64,000 bases of DNA from Candidatus Hydrogenedentota bacterium (GTDB lineage: Bacteria > Hydrogenedentota > Hydrogenedentia > Hydrogenedentales > SLHB01): contig BTWA01000012.1 of NCBI GenBank assembly GCA_045863295.1, positions 64,001 through 128,000 of the forward strand, given 5' to 3'. The notes below the pieces were generated by a model. The model was not told where the DNA came from, did not search any database, and saw only the letters and a list, made by a program, of their open reading frames with translations. Positions 27,978 through 38,692 of this stretch are shown here, piece after piece. Within the stretch, counting starts at the first letter, position 1. Each line of letters starts with the position of its first letter. The position numbers and the translations under genes were made by a program.

Positions 27978-30900
27978 GTGAAAAATGTAAAACGTGTCGT
28001 CGTCAAGGCCGCCGTGTTTGGACTAAAGCTGGCTGTCGTTGTAGGCCTCTTTGTGTTCATTTTCCGGCCAGAAACCTTTGGATTTCGCGCTGACCTCTTC
28101 AAGAATATTACTCCGTGGACGATTGTCGAGACGTGCAAGCAACTCGATCCGGTCAACGTTCTTTTGTGGCTCGGCTTTGCTTCCATCGCCAAACTGACCG
28201 GAATAACCTGCGGTATTCTCCGGTGGAACCTTTTACTGAGAGGGCAGGGTCTCAAACTTCCTATGCTCTATTTGGCGAAATGTTGGTTCTGGGGGCGGGC
28301 CATTGGTTTGTTCCTCCCGGGCACCGTGGGATTGGACGGATACAGGCTTGTCGAGTCGTCCACCTTCACGCGCGAACCCATTAAATGTACATCCGTCATC
28401 GCCGTGGAAAAGCTTACCGGGTTCATTGCATTGTTTGGTCTGGTCTTTTTGACGGTTCCACTGGGACTTCGGGTATTCAACTTCAATCTTGCCATGCTGA
28501 CTCTGGTCCTACTCTGCCTCGCAGCATTCGTGTCGGTCACACTCATGTTGCTCATGAATCCACGAGTCATACAGGTATTGGCGGCAGCATTTCCCGTGCC
28601 AGCGCGTATCCGGGACAAAGTAAACAAGTTGGGCTTTGCCGTAACGGCCTACAGCGGTCAGCGCGCGAGATTGTTACTCGCTCTGTTGCTTGCCTTTGGC
28701 GTGCATCTTGGCATTTGTTTTATGTATTTCGGCACGGCCATGGCCATCAAAGCGCCAAACACATCGTTGCTGGATATTCTGTTTGCCAGCCCACTCGTGA
28801 TTGTCGCCTCGGTTTTCGGACCCACAGTGAGTGGCGCGGGAGCCCGCGAACTTGTGTTTGGCGCGCTGCTTGGAGATAAGTCCGGCATGGCGAATGCCGT
28901 GCTGTTCGGCCATCTGGGGCTCTGGATTGGCGAAGTCATCCCTCTGATAGTTAGCCTTCCGCTGCTGCTCACGTCTACTCGTCCCAAACGCGACGTGTTA
29001 CTGGAGGAAGTGGCAGACCTCCGTCATGCCATTGATGAGGCGGATCAATCCGTTCACTTGCCCGAGGCCGACGTAATGCGTTATCGAAATACCATCCTGA
29101 GTACCTTGCTTGCTGGTCTTGCGGCTGGCGGAATCGGCGGTGCATGCATCGGCTTTGTGGAAGCTTCCTGGGTAGCCAGCACATTGAGCGGCTTGTCCGA
29201 ATTGGGTGCGTTCTGGTGGGGGACAATTGTCTACGCCGTCCTATTTGGTGGACTCGGACTGGGGGTCGGTGCCGCACTGCTATTCTTCTATTTGATTGCC
29301 GACCGCCTGGGACCGGCTTCCGTTTCTTTTGGCATCACTTTGGGCACCATTCTAGCCGTGGGTGTCTTAATTATCGGCCGCTGGCGTTACCAGCGCGATG
29401 TGCTTATCGAACACGCCCTCAGCCGAAACGAAAACCTCGCTGTATTCGGCGCCGCATTGGCCGTCTTTGCCGTTGGATTTGCTGTTGGAGGAGGAATCGC
29501 ATTCGCGTTGCGCAATCGTACACCTCTCTGGAGTAGAGCGCTCGCGACAGGTGCCCTCATCGCCGTAATTGCCGCCGCATTCTTTCGATCAGCCATGTAC
29601 GTACCTGAGGCGGAACAACGGCAGTTTGATCCACTGCCCTCGGCACAAGGCCCGAATATCATTCTCGTAGCTATCGACACACTTCGAGCGGATTACCTGC
29701 GCGCCTACCGTCCTGACGCCAAGGCCTACACGCCGAACATAGATGCGTTTTTGGGCGATAGCGTCTTGTTTGCCAGCAGTTTCGCGCAATCCTCATGGAC
29801 CAAGGCTTCGTTCGGCACCATTTTTTCAGGAATGCACCCCCAAGCCCACAAAGCAGTCACCAAAAGCGCCTCGTTGCCCAATGACGTCGAGACTCTGGCC
29901 GAAGGATTGTTTGCAGGAGGCTATTACACCCAGGGTTTCCCCAACAACGCCAACATCTTTAGTGTGTTCAACTACGGCCAGGGATTTGTCCAGTACAAAG
30001 ACTTACTGCCTGACCGGTACTGCGGAGCCACTGAGTCGGCCGCCCGCCTTTCCCTGTATGAAGTCGTCCGGCGAGTCGTGGAAACTATAAACGCGAAAGT
30101 TCTTGGCGGACGCATTGTAATCAGCAACTTCTATCAGCCGGGTGAAGTGATTACGAAAACCGCGTTGGAATGGATCGACGGAGACGAGCGTCCGGCCGGA
30201 GCACCATTCTACCTCTTCTTACACTACATGGACCCGCACGATCCATTCCGGGATCCGGAAAGGCCTGGCAAAGGCTATGCACGTGTGCAACGTCCCAACC
30301 CCGATCCGGAAAAATTTCGCGAAGCGTTTATCCGGTCATACAACTATGAAATCGAATACCTGGATGAGCAACTGGGGAAATTGTTTCAAGGGCTGAAAGA
30401 CAGGGGTATCTATGACGATGCTCTTATCGTGTTTACTAGCGACCATGGCGAAGAATTTTGTGAGCACGGAGGTTTTTGGCACGGGCTTAGTCTCTACGAA
30501 GAACAAATCCGGATCCCATTGGCCATAAAGCTCCCTGGCAACAGGCACGCCGGCGCTCGACAGACACAAATCGCAAGACATATCGACATCGCGCCAACGA
30601 TTCTACTTACCGCTGGCCTGCAGCCCTTGCCCGCCATGCAGGGAGAGCCTCTATTTTCCTTTGACGGCAATCCCGTGGATAACAGCGTGTCCGAGACCTA
30701 CGCCCACCTCGATTTCGAAGGAATCCAGCTGAAGGCCGTCCGGACTCCGGAATCGAAGCTAATTACGTCCAACGAAAACAAAAGGAAGTATGCCCCGATT
30801 GAACTGTTTGATCTCCAAACGGATCCGGCTGAGAAAAACAACTTGGCAGGCAAAAACGTACCGTCGGAACAACAACTGCTGGACCTGCTGGATCAATTTC

Positions 30901-30998
30901 AGGAAACTGTCTCAATCGTAGGTGTCGCAAACGAACAGACAACGACGGTGGACAAGGCGACAGAAGAAGCGCTTCGCAGTATTGGCTATGGCGAATAA
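27978..30998 (+). CDS. Fusion: UPF0104/LPG-synthase-TM flippase-like domain + TM region + AlkP-superfamily sulfatase-like domain
   Basis: RWNLLL, LPGTVGLDGYR, SGAGARE; then PNIILVAIDTLRAD, SSWTKAS, HYMDPH, TSDHGE, HG..LYEE.IRIPL. Confidence 0.82.
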   Translation: MKNVKRVVVKAAVFGLKLAVVVGLFVFIFRPETFGFRADLFKNITPWTIVETCKQLDPVNVLLWLGFASIAKLTGITCGILRWNLLLRGQGLKLPMLYLAKCWFWGRAIGLFLPGTVGLDGYRLVESSTFTREPIKCTSVIAVEKLTGFIALFGLVFLTVPLGLRVFNFNLAMLTLVLLCLAAFVSVTLMLLMNPRVIQVLAAAFPVPARIRDKVNKLGFAVTAYSGQRARLLLALLLAFGVHLGICFMYFGTAMAIKAPNTSLLDILFASPLVIVASVFGPTVSGAGARELVFGALLGDKSGMANAVLFGHLGLWIGEVIPLIVSLPLLLTSTRPKRDVLLEEVADLRHAIDEADQSVHLPEADVMRYRNTILSTLLAGLAAGGIGGACIGFVEASWVASTLSGLSELGAFWWGTIVYAVLFGGLGLGVGAALLFFYLIADRLGPASVSFGITLGTILAVGVLIIGRWRYQRDVLIEHALSRNENLAVFGAALAVFAVGFAVGGGIAFALRNRTPLWSRALATGALIAVIAAAFFRSAMYVPEAEQRQFDPLPSAQGPNIILVAIDTLRADYLRAYRPDAKAYTPNIDAFLGDSVLFASSFAQSSWTKASFGTIFSGMHPQAHKAVTKSASLPNDVETLAEGLFAGGYYTQGFPNNANIFSVFNYGQGFVQYKDLLPDRYCGATESAARLSLYEVVRRVVETINAKVLGGRIVISNFYQPGEVITKTALEWIDGDERPAGAPFYLFLHYMDPHDPFRDPERPGKGYARVQRPNPDPEKFREAFIRSYNYEIEYLDEQLGKLFQGLKDRGIYDDALIVFTSDHGEEFCEHGGFWHGLSLYEEQIRIPLAIKLPGNRHAGARQTQIARHIDIAPTILLTAGLQPLPAMQGEPLFSFDGNPVDNSVSETYAHLDFEGIQLKAVRTPESKLITSNENKRKYAPIELFDLQTDPAEKNNLAGKNVPSEQQLLDLLDQFQETVSIVGVANEQTTTVDKATEEALRSIGYGE

Positions 30999-31327
30999 CC
31001 CCAAGTGAACTGCTGTAGTAACGCCCTAAGCCCCAGGGTTTCTATTGTAACCTGTTGTGTCGGCATGTTTTACGAATATGCAGCATGTGAAAAGGAAATC
31101 TTCTTACAAGTGGTTGCAAATTCCGCTCTATCTGTCTATCATTTCCCAAGTGGGCTTGGGGGAGCATGATGCCGTATCTCGCTGTCAGTCAAGAAATCTC
31201 TATTTGCCTGACGATTGCAACATCATGCTCGCCGTGTGGTAATATGATGCAGCTATGATTGGTCGGGGGTCTGGATACGGAACGCGTAACTCTTTGGGAA
31301 CGCGCATCGTAGGGAGAAGCCCAGCGC

Positions 31328-33037
31328 ATGCAGAAATTTAGCAAGCCGGTAGTTTTTTGCACCTTGGTACTGTTGGCCCTTGTCAGCAGTGGGTGCCCGT
31401 TCCTTACGCCCCCGAATTATCTTCCATCATTCCTCGTCACTCCTGACCTGCTCGTTTTCGGGAAAGGCGTGAATACGTTGACCTTTACCGTGGCCAAGTC
31501 GTGGACTTCCACCACGGTACCGCAGTTCACGGTCACTCCAAACCAGCCTTGGATATCGGTTACTCCGACTACCGGAACCAGCAGCGGGCCAAGCAATAAG
31601 GTTACAATTACAGTTACCTTGAATCGGTCTCTGTTGGGCGGGGGAGAGAATTCCGGCCAGATTGTCGTTTCAGCGCCCGGTGTCGCTCAGACAGTGGTTG
31701 ACGTTACCGCGGACTCCGTACTTTCGGCCAACTTCGTTGCCGACAAGACTAGCGCGGCGGTGAACGACACTATTCAGTTTACCGACCTGTCCTTGATCAC
31801 GCCCGAATCTGGACCAATCATCGCGTGGGAATGGGATTTCGGTGATGGTAGCCAGAGCACCCAGCGCCACCCTCGCCATGAATATGCTCTGCCCGGCCTG
31901 TACTCGGTTGAATTGACTGTTTCCACCGCGACTGTGACCAATACTCGCCGTCGAAGCAACTATATTCTGGTCACCGGACAGAAACCGATAGCGTCTTTTA
32001 CCGCCACGCCTCGCACAATCGATTCCGGTGATTCGGTGCAATTTACGGATTTGTCCGTGCCAGGATCTTCGCCCATTATTTCCTGGCTGTGGGATTTCGG
32101 CGACGGAGGCAACAGCACGCTCCAGAATCCGTCACATATCTATAGCGCCTTTGCAATCTATACAACCTACACGCTGTATAATGTGACACTGACAGTGTCC
32201 AATATCATTGGCTCGAATTCGAGACTGGAACCCAACTTCATCCAAGTGAATCACACCACGTCTAAGGCTCAATTTGGAGCAAACCCAACTGAGCCGGCAG
32301 ACGGAGAGACCGTGTTGTTCCAAGATATGTCGGAAGTCCCGGAATCGGCAACCACAGTCAAATATCTTTGGGAATTTGGTGACGGTGGGGTCAGCACGCT
32401 TCAGAATCCCACTCATACGTATGCTTCAACTGGGGCCCCTGCTGCCTACGACGTAAAACTTACAGTCGAAGCAGACGGCGTGTCCAGTTCGGTGGTCAAG
32501 AGCAGCTTCATCAAGACGGGTCCGGACGCTGCGAAGTTGGCCCAGCATGTAAACGCGGACGATCCAAGTTACTCGTTCAGTATTGTTGAAACGATATCGG
32601 CATCGACCTATACGGCCAGTTTGGTTCAATTCACTTCGCAGAAATGGCCAACTCCGGCTGGAAACGAATGGACTCATTGGCTTGTGCTCGTGGAACCAGC
32701 CAACCGCACGTTGGACACGGCGTTGCTGTATATTGGCGAGGCCGAAGGCGAGCCTGACGTGGAAAAGCAATACGTAGATGCCGCCATTGCGGCCCAGACT
32801 CCTGTGGCGGTGGTATACCAAGTACCCAATGAGCCGAACGACGGCTCGGAAGATCTGGTATACCCGATGGTCAAGAGTATCGTTGCGGCCATGGATACCG
32901 TTGACACCCTTGTGGCCTCTGATCCGGTGGACGGTTACATCATCAGCGGCAATGACTTACCGCTCTGGACCACCAGTCTCATCGGCGATTATGGGGACGC
33001 CCGAGTCAAAGGGGTCGAGGAGAATGTCGCACCCTGA
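31328..33037 (+). CDS. Lipoprotein with BACON-like domain, three PKD repeats and a degenerate PqaA-like C-terminal domain
   Basis: Lipobox SSGC; PWISVTP; WDFGDG, WDFGDG, WEFGDG; SQKW...WTHWL and PMVKS..AMDTV. Confidence 0.78.
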   Translation: MQKFSKPVVFCTLVLLALVSSGCPFLTPPNYLPSFLVTPDLLVFGKGVNTLTFTVAKSWTSTTVPQFTVTPNQPWISVTPTTGTSSGPSNKVTITVTLNRSLLGGGENSGQIVVSAPGVAQTVVDVTADSVLSANFVADKTSAAVNDTIQFTDLSLITPESGPIIAWEWDFGDGSQSTQRHPRHEYALPGLYSVELTVSTATVTNTRRRSNYILVTGQKPIASFTATPRTIDSGDSVQFTDLSVPGSSPIISWLWDFGDGGNSTLQNPSHIYSAFAIYTTYTLYNVTLTVSNIIGSNSRLEPNFIQVNHTTSKAQFGANPTEPADGETVLFQDMSEVPESATTVKYLWEFGDGGVSTLQNPTHTYASTGAPAAYDVKLTVEADGVSSSVVKSSFIKTGPDAAKLAQHVNADDPSYSFSIVETISASTYTASLVQFTSQKWPTPAGNEWTHWLVLVEPANRTLDTALLYIGEAEGEPDVEKQYVDAAIAAQTPVAVVYQVPNEPNDGSEDLVYPMVKSIVAAMDTVDTLVASDPVDGYIISGNDLPLWTTSLIGDYGDARVKGVEENVAP

Positions 33038-33182
33038 CGCGACCGAGAATTGAATTTGACGGGGGCAGGTGATCAATGAACCTGCCCCCGTTGTTTTTGC
33101 GATTGGTGTGGGAATCCCCGGTTGCAACGTGAACTGCCCTCGTGGAATACTCCCCCTATCTGGTGACTTGTCCATCACGGAA

Positions 33183-35627
33183 ATGGAATCTGCCGTGAGA
33201 TACCTTTTGATAGCAGCCTGTGGCTTCCTCATAGTCACTGCGTCGTATGCAAAGCCTCCTGAATCGGTAAGCTACAACGCTCACATTAAGCCCATATTAG
33301 CAAACAAGTGCTTCGCCTGCCATGGGCCCGACGCCAAGGCAAGGAAAGCAACACTTCGTCTGGATACCCAAGAGGGATCAAGATCCGCCCTACCTTCAGG
33401 GCTTAAGGCAATCGTGCCCGGCCGCCCGGAGGAATCGGAGATGCTGCGGCGCATCATGCACGCTAACCCCGAAATTAAAATGCCTCCCGCCGAATTTGAC
33501 AAGCCGGTTACGGAACAGGAGAAGGCGTTACTTTCCGAGTGGATTCGATTAGGTGGGGAATACGAGCAGCATTGGGCATTCATCCCTCCGTTAAGGCATG
33601 TACCACCGGGGCTGGAAAATGGGAATCCAGTCGACGCCTTTGTCCGCTCCAAGCTCGCGATAGAGGGAATTGGGCCTTCTCCTGAAGCCGACAGATCCGT
33701 GTTACTTCGAAGGGTCTACCTGGATATCGTCGGCTTGCCGCCACCCGAGGAAAAGTTGAATCAATACTTGGCTGACCAGGACCCGGGCGCGTACGAGCGG
33801 ATCGTCGACGAGTTGCTTGCGTCACCCCATTTTGGCGAACGTTGGGGGCGCCATTGGCTTGATGCCGCGCGATACGCCGATTCCAATGGATACAGCATCG
33901 ACGGACCCCGCACAATTTGGCCCTATCGCGACTGGGTCATTAACGCAATTAATTCGAATATGCCGTTCGACCAGTTTGTTACGGAACAACTTGCTGGCGA
34001 CTTGCTGGAGGATGCCACCCGGGAAAACCGCATTGCCACAGGGTTCAACCGCAATACCATGATTAATCAGGAAGGCGGAGTGGACAAGGAAGAATTCCGC
34101 ATTGAGGCGGTATTCGACCGGGTAAACACGGCCGGCACGGTCTTTCTTGGTCTGACCATGGCCTGCGCGAGGTGTCACGATCACAAATATGATCCCATTT
34201 CGCAGCGCGAGTACTTCGAGTTATTCGCGTTCTTCAACAGCGACGACGAAGTTGACTTGCCGCTTCCAACGACGCAACAAGCCGCAATAAAGGAGAAAAT
34301 TGATGCGCGGGTTGCGGAGGCCAACGATACCCTCAGTTCCTATCTCGCCGAAGCAGACAAGGCGGCCTTGCCAACTTGGGAAGAGTCCCTGACACTCAAG
34401 GAAATACGCACGTTCAGTCCCCAATTGCAAGAGGCGCTCTACACCCAGCCTACGGGGCGTACTCCTGACCAGGTGACACTTGTACGCGACCAGTTTAAAA
34501 AAACCGATCCCGGTGCTCAGGCGATTGTCTCGGAAATCGAGAAGATCCGGGCAGAAACCCCTGACATTATTACCACCCTTGCATTGACAAATCGTAAAGA
34601 TATTCGCCCTACGCATCTCTTCGTACAAGGCGACTTCACACGAAAGGCGGAGGAAGTCTTCTCCAGCGTGCCCGATGTGTTCGGAGATGACAAGACCAAC
34701 CGCAAAAACCGCCTGGATTTGGCTCAATGGCTGGTCGATCGCAATAATCCGTTGACGGCGCGGGTTACCGTGAACCGGTATTGGCAGGCGCTTTTTGGCA
34801 AGGGCCTTGTCGAAACTGAAAATGATTTCGGCACGCAGGGATCTCCCCCAACACACCCCGAGCTCCTGGACTGGCTTGCCGTGGAGTTTATGGAGGGCGG
34901 TTGGGATGTCAAGGCACTAGTGCGATTAATTTGCACGTCGCAAACGTATCGGCAATCGTCGAATGCACGCCCGGACCTGGCGGAGAAGGATCCCACAAAC
35001 AGGCTTCTTGCCCGGCAGAATCGGTTGCGCTTGGAGGCCGAGATCGTTCGCGACATAGCGTTGGCCTCGTCGGGCCTGATGCACGACAAAGTAGGCGGTC
35101 CCAGTGTATTTCCACCCCAGCCCGATGGCGTCATGGATTTAGGACAGGTTAAGCGTGAATGGACTCCGAGCGGTGGACCAGATCGGTACCGTCGTGGCAT
35201 GTATACGCATTTCTGGCGTGCCACTCCCCATCCCGGGTTGATGGTCTTCGATGCGCCGGACGCGCAATTCGCGTGCACAAGGCGTGTGCGCTCGAATACT
35301 CCGCTACAGGCGTTGACCTTGCTCAACGACGAAGCGCATTTTGAGTGTGCTCGCGCCTTGGCCCGGCAAACCTTTTTTTGGGAAGGCGCCTCCGACACCG
35401 ATCGTATACGGCGGATGACCAGGATTTGCTTGGGCAGGGAGCCGAACGCCGTCGAGACCGAGTTGATGCTCACCCTACTGGAGCGCCAAAGAAATCGCTA
35501 CTCAAATGCGCCCGATCAAGCCCGGGCGGTTTTTGCCACCGATGCGGCCATCGCAGCGGAAGGCGCCGCTTGGACCATGGTGGCCCGCACCATCTTAAAC
35601 TTGGACGAGTTCATTACACGGGAATAG
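33183..35627 (+). CDS. Planctomycete cytochrome c / DUF1549 / DUF1553 protein
   Basis: CFACH and CARCH heme motifs, GERWGRHWLD.ARYADS, PTHPELLDWLA, NTPLQALTLLN; start uncertain (33183 or 33195). Confidence 0.9.
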   Translation: MESAVRYLLIAACGFLIVTASYAKPPESVSYNAHIKPILANKCFACHGPDAKARKATLRLDTQEGSRSALPSGLKAIVPGRPEESEMLRRIMHANPEIKMPPAEFDKPVTEQEKALLSEWIRLGGEYEQHWAFIPPLRHVPPGLENGNPVDAFVRSKLAIEGIGPSPEADRSVLLRRVYLDIVGLPPPEEKLNQYLADQDPGAYERIVDELLASPHFGERWGRHWLDAARYADSNGYSIDGPRTIWPYRDWVINAINSNMPFDQFVTEQLAGDLLEDATRENRIATGFNRNTMINQEGGVDKEEFRIEAVFDRVNTAGTVFLGLTMACARCHDHKYDPISQREYFELFAFFNSDDEVDLPLPTTQQAAIKEKIDARVAEANDTLSSYLAEADKAALPTWEESLTLKEIRTFSPQLQEALYTQPTGRTPDQVTLVRDQFKKTDPGAQAIVSEIEKIRAETPDIITTLALTNRKDIRPTHLFVQGDFTRKAEEVFSSVPDVFGDDKTNRKNRLDLAQWLVDRNNPLTARVTVNRYWQALFGKGLVETENDFGTQGSPPTHPELLDWLAVEFMEGGWDVKALVRLICTSQTYRQSSNARPDLAEKDPTNRLLARQNRLRLEAEIVRDIALASSGLMHDKVGGPSVFPPQPDGVMDLGQVKREWTPSGGPDRYRRGMYTHFWRATPHPGLMVFDAPDAQFACTRRVRSNTPLQALTLLNDEAHFECARALARQTFFWEGASDTDRIRRMTRICLGREPNAVETELMLTLLERQRNRYSNAPDQARAVFATDAAIAAEGAAWTMVARTILNLDEFITRE

Positions 35628-35632
35628 TCTGC

Positions 35633-37066
35633 ATGCACGTCGATCAGGCCAAAATGTTACACCAGATTACTCGCCGCCATTTTTTCCGGGATTGCGGCGT
35701 GGGTCTGGGTTCCATCGCATTGGCCAATATCGTGGGATCTCCAAAGTCCGGCGCGGCACCGTTTCTAGCCAACCTGCACCATGCGCCAAGGGCAAAGAAC
35801 GTCATTTTTCTGTTCATGGCCGGTGGGCCAAGCCAACTGGAACTGTTTGATTATAAGCCGGTATTGCAGAAGTACAACGGACAGCCCATTCCTGCTTCCT
35901 ATATGGAAGGCAAACGCTTTGCCTTTATGGATACGTTCGCAAAAGAAACCCCCAAACTACTGGGCACCCGGCGTCAATTCAAACAACATGGTCAATGCGG
36001 TGCGTGGGTATCGGAGTGTCTGCCTCATACAGCCTCCATCGTAGATGAAATTGCCTTCATAAAGACCATTGCTACTGACCAGCCGAATCACGCGCCGGCG
36101 AAGATTTTCATGAATACCGGTTCCGCGCAATTTGGCAGGCCCAGCATGGGTGCCTGGATCGATTATGGTATCGGAAGCGAATCGAGCAGTCTGCCCGGCT
36201 TCATCGTGCTTCAATCCGGTCCACGTGGGCCTCGCGGTGGAGCGCCGCTTTGGGGAAGCGGCTTTTTACCCAGCGCGCATCAGGGAGTTCCCCTCCGGTC
36301 GACAGACGATCCCATTCTAAACCTTAGCAACCCCGACGGCGTGAGCGAAGGCGCGCAACGCGATGTTGTGGACACCGTAAACGCCTTGAATCGAGAACAT
36401 TTGGAGGTGACAGGCGATTCCGAGATCGCGGCGCGAATTTCCTCCTACGAAATGGCGTTCCGGATGCAGACCAGCGGGCCGGAATTGCTCGACTTTTCTG
36501 GTGAATCCGATGTGATAATGAATGCCTACGGGGCTAAGCGAGGCGAGCCTTCATTTGCCTATAATTGCATTCTCGCCCGGCGGCTTGTGGAGCGAGGCGT
36601 ACGGTTCGTACAGCTTTATCACACCAATTGGGATCACCACGGAAGCAAGACCGAAAATCTGACGACTCACTTGGATGAAGTCTGCCACGACGTGGACCAG
36701 GCAAGTGCGGCGCTGGTGATGGACTTAAAGCAACGCGGTCTGCTTGAAGATACGCTGGTCATTTGGGGTGGCGAGTTTGGCAGGACGCCGATGGGCGAAG
36801 TCCGCGACACAATTGGTCGCAATCATCATATACAGTGTTCCACTATGTGGATGGCGGGCGGAGGTGTAAAATCCGGTTTCACACTCGGCGAAACCGATGA
36901 ACTTGGATTCAACCCCGCAGTCGATCCCGTTCACGTGCATGATATCCACGCAACGATTCTCCATATCCTGGGAGTCGATCACCTCAAATTGACCTACCGG
37001 TTTCAAGGCCGGGAGTTCAGACTGACCGATGTGGCCGGAAACGTCTTGCATCCGCTTATCGCCTGA
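35633..37066 (+). CDS. DUF1501-domain protein (Tat substrate)
   Basis: TRRHFF Tat motif, FMAGGPSQ, ARRLVERGVRFVQ, WGGEFGRTP, RLTDV. Confidence 0.9.
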   Translation: MHVDQAKMLHQITRRHFFRDCGVGLGSIALANIVGSPKSGAAPFLANLHHAPRAKNVIFLFMAGGPSQLELFDYKPVLQKYNGQPIPASYMEGKRFAFMDTFAKETPKLLGTRRQFKQHGQCGAWVSECLPHTASIVDEIAFIKTIATDQPNHAPAKIFMNTGSAQFGRPSMGAWIDYGIGSESSSLPGFIVLQSGPRGPRGGAPLWGSGFLPSAHQGVPLRSTDDPILNLSNPDGVSEGAQRDVVDTVNALNREHLEVTGDSEIAARISSYEMAFRMQTSGPELLDFSGESDVIMNAYGAKRGEPSFAYNCILARRLVERGVRFVQLYHTNWDHHGSKTENLTTHLDEVCHDVDQASAALVMDLKQRGLLEDTLVIWGGEFGRTPMGEVRDTIGRNHHIQCSTMWMAGGGVKSGFTLGETDELGFNPAVDPVHVHDIHATILHILGVDHLKLTYRFQGREFRLTDVAGNVLHPLIA

Positions 37067-37069
37067 GGC

Positions 37070-38689
37070 CTACCGGTTTCGTTGCCACGCAATCGTCAAT
37101 GGAAGCGCGGCAAAAGGCGCCAGCGGCACCATGAACCAAAATGCCACCAACCACGAGTTCTCCAACGGAATGTAACCTCGGAAATATAATGCGCATGAGG
37201 CCAGCACCAGTGCGGCTAACAGGGCAGCACCGGCTTTCGCCGCAGTCAGAATTCCTCGCCACAAGGCAACCCCATACGACCCAACTAAACCAACAAACGC
37301 GACCGCGGTGAGTGCAATCGCAAACGTCGAAATCACGGGAGACGACGTGTCGCCGCCCTGTACATCGTATAACTGGCCAACACGATAATAATGAACAGCG
37401 GCCGCAAAGCCCGCCAACCAAATCGCCACACCGGCCACGCGACCGAGCCAGAATATGCTCCAAACCGCAAGCAGCACCGTAAACGCATAAAATCCAAGCA
37501 TCAGCAGTCCGTCGGCGTATGAACCCTCCGTGACGGTCGTTTCGCGAAGGTCTGACACGACCGTGGGATGCAACGGGCTGTCCGGAAAGAGAATCCAGTG
37601 CCCAAGAACATACGTGACAATCAACATCGCGTATCCGATGGCCAGTGCTTTTACACTGGCGGCAATACGAGCCGCCCCGATGGACCTGTTGGCAATCGGT
37701 TTCGCACCCACAAACCAGTCGTACATCGCGTCTTGCCTTGTCAGCAAGTATCCCATGAGACAGGCTACCGCTCCCGGTGCAAGTCCCAGCATGATTAGAA
37801 GAAATTGAAACCGAAGATGCATGCCCGTTAGCGATGAATTCATGGCCACGGAGAGAATCAGACCCGCCGCCACGGAAACCCACGGATAAAGATAAGTGCC
37901 TCTGCGCCATTCGTACCAGCGTTGGGCCGCCTCCTTCGAGGCAAAATCATGCTCCGGCCGTTCGAACCGCGCGATGGTGCCTGCCGTGCGCATCCAGAAT
38001 CCCACGCGATCCTCCGGCACCTCGTTGCGTGCCCTCCGAGCAGCCATGACAGCAGTGGCCCACCAGACGCCAACCAGACTGCAACCCGCCATGGAAATCG
38101 AAGTGACCGGCAGAACAAACAACTCCGGTTCGCGCCGGATAGACAACGTCGATCCCGCCGCACCAAATACAATGGCGGCGAGGGGAGACGTTAGTAGAGC
38201 TATACCCAAGCCAATGACAATACCGGTACCTCCACCGAAGGCCATCGCGAGAAAGACCACCGCCTGAAGCATCGTTACCCAGATCGCCGCGGCAAAAAGC
38301 TGCGGCCAAAACACAAACTCCGGATAAATGAGATACCGGCACATCAGGCCCGACGCCAACGTGAGCATCAGCAGCGCCGCCAGCTTATATCCCATTTGAG
38401 TTGATACCAGCACCCACGTCCGAACCGGATGGATAAACATCCGGCGCGGATAATCGAACCGGATCACGTTCCGGTTCTCGTTTAGAAACAGAATGGCCGT
38501 CGCTCCCAGAAGCGGCAGATACGCAACGGAAAAAGTAAGGGAATCGCTGCGCGCAAATATGCGCATGGTCAGATCGAGCACAAAGTAAAGCATCAAGCCA
38601 TACACAGCCATGATCGCCGCTATGACTGCCAATCCGCTTATCGTGTTGCGGCACTGTTCCCACAGAATGGTATGAATCTTGCCCAACAT
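37070..38689 (-). CDS. Polytopic membrane protein, probable ABC permease
   Basis: Many TM helices in two similar halves; 3 nt downstream of the ABC ATPase. Confidence 0.7.
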   Translation of the reverse strand: MLGKIHTILWEQCRNTISGLAVIAAIMAVYGLMLYFVLDLTMRIFARSDSLTFSVAYLPLLGATAILFLNENRNVIRFDYPRRMFIHPVRTWVLVSTQMGYKLAALLMLTLASGLMCRYLIYPEFVFWPQLFAAAIWVTMLQAVVFLAMAFGGGTGIVIGLGIALLTSPLAAIVFGAAGSTLSIRREPELFVLPVTSISMAGCSLVGVWWATAVMAARRARNEVPEDRVGFWMRTAGTIARFERPEHDFASKEAAQRWYEWRRGTYLYPWVSVAAGLILSVAMNSSLTGMHLRFQFLLIMLGLAPGAVACLMGYLLTRQDAMYDWFVGAKPIANRSIGAARIAASVKALAIGYAMLIVTYVLGHWILFPDSPLHPTVVSDLRETTVTEGSYADGLLMLGFYAFTVLLAVWSIFWLGRVAGVAIWLAGFAAAVHYYRVGQLYDVQGGDTSSPVISTFAIALTAVAFVGLVGSYGVALWRGILTAAKAGAALLAALVLASCALYFRGYIPLENSWLVAFWFMVPLAPFAALPLTIAWQRNR

Positions 38690-38692
38690 GGC

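Noticed and set aside
33183..37066. DUF1553 cytochrome + DUF1501 pair as a novel system
   Set aside because: Function unknown, but the pairing is already widely known in Planctomycetes-like genomes
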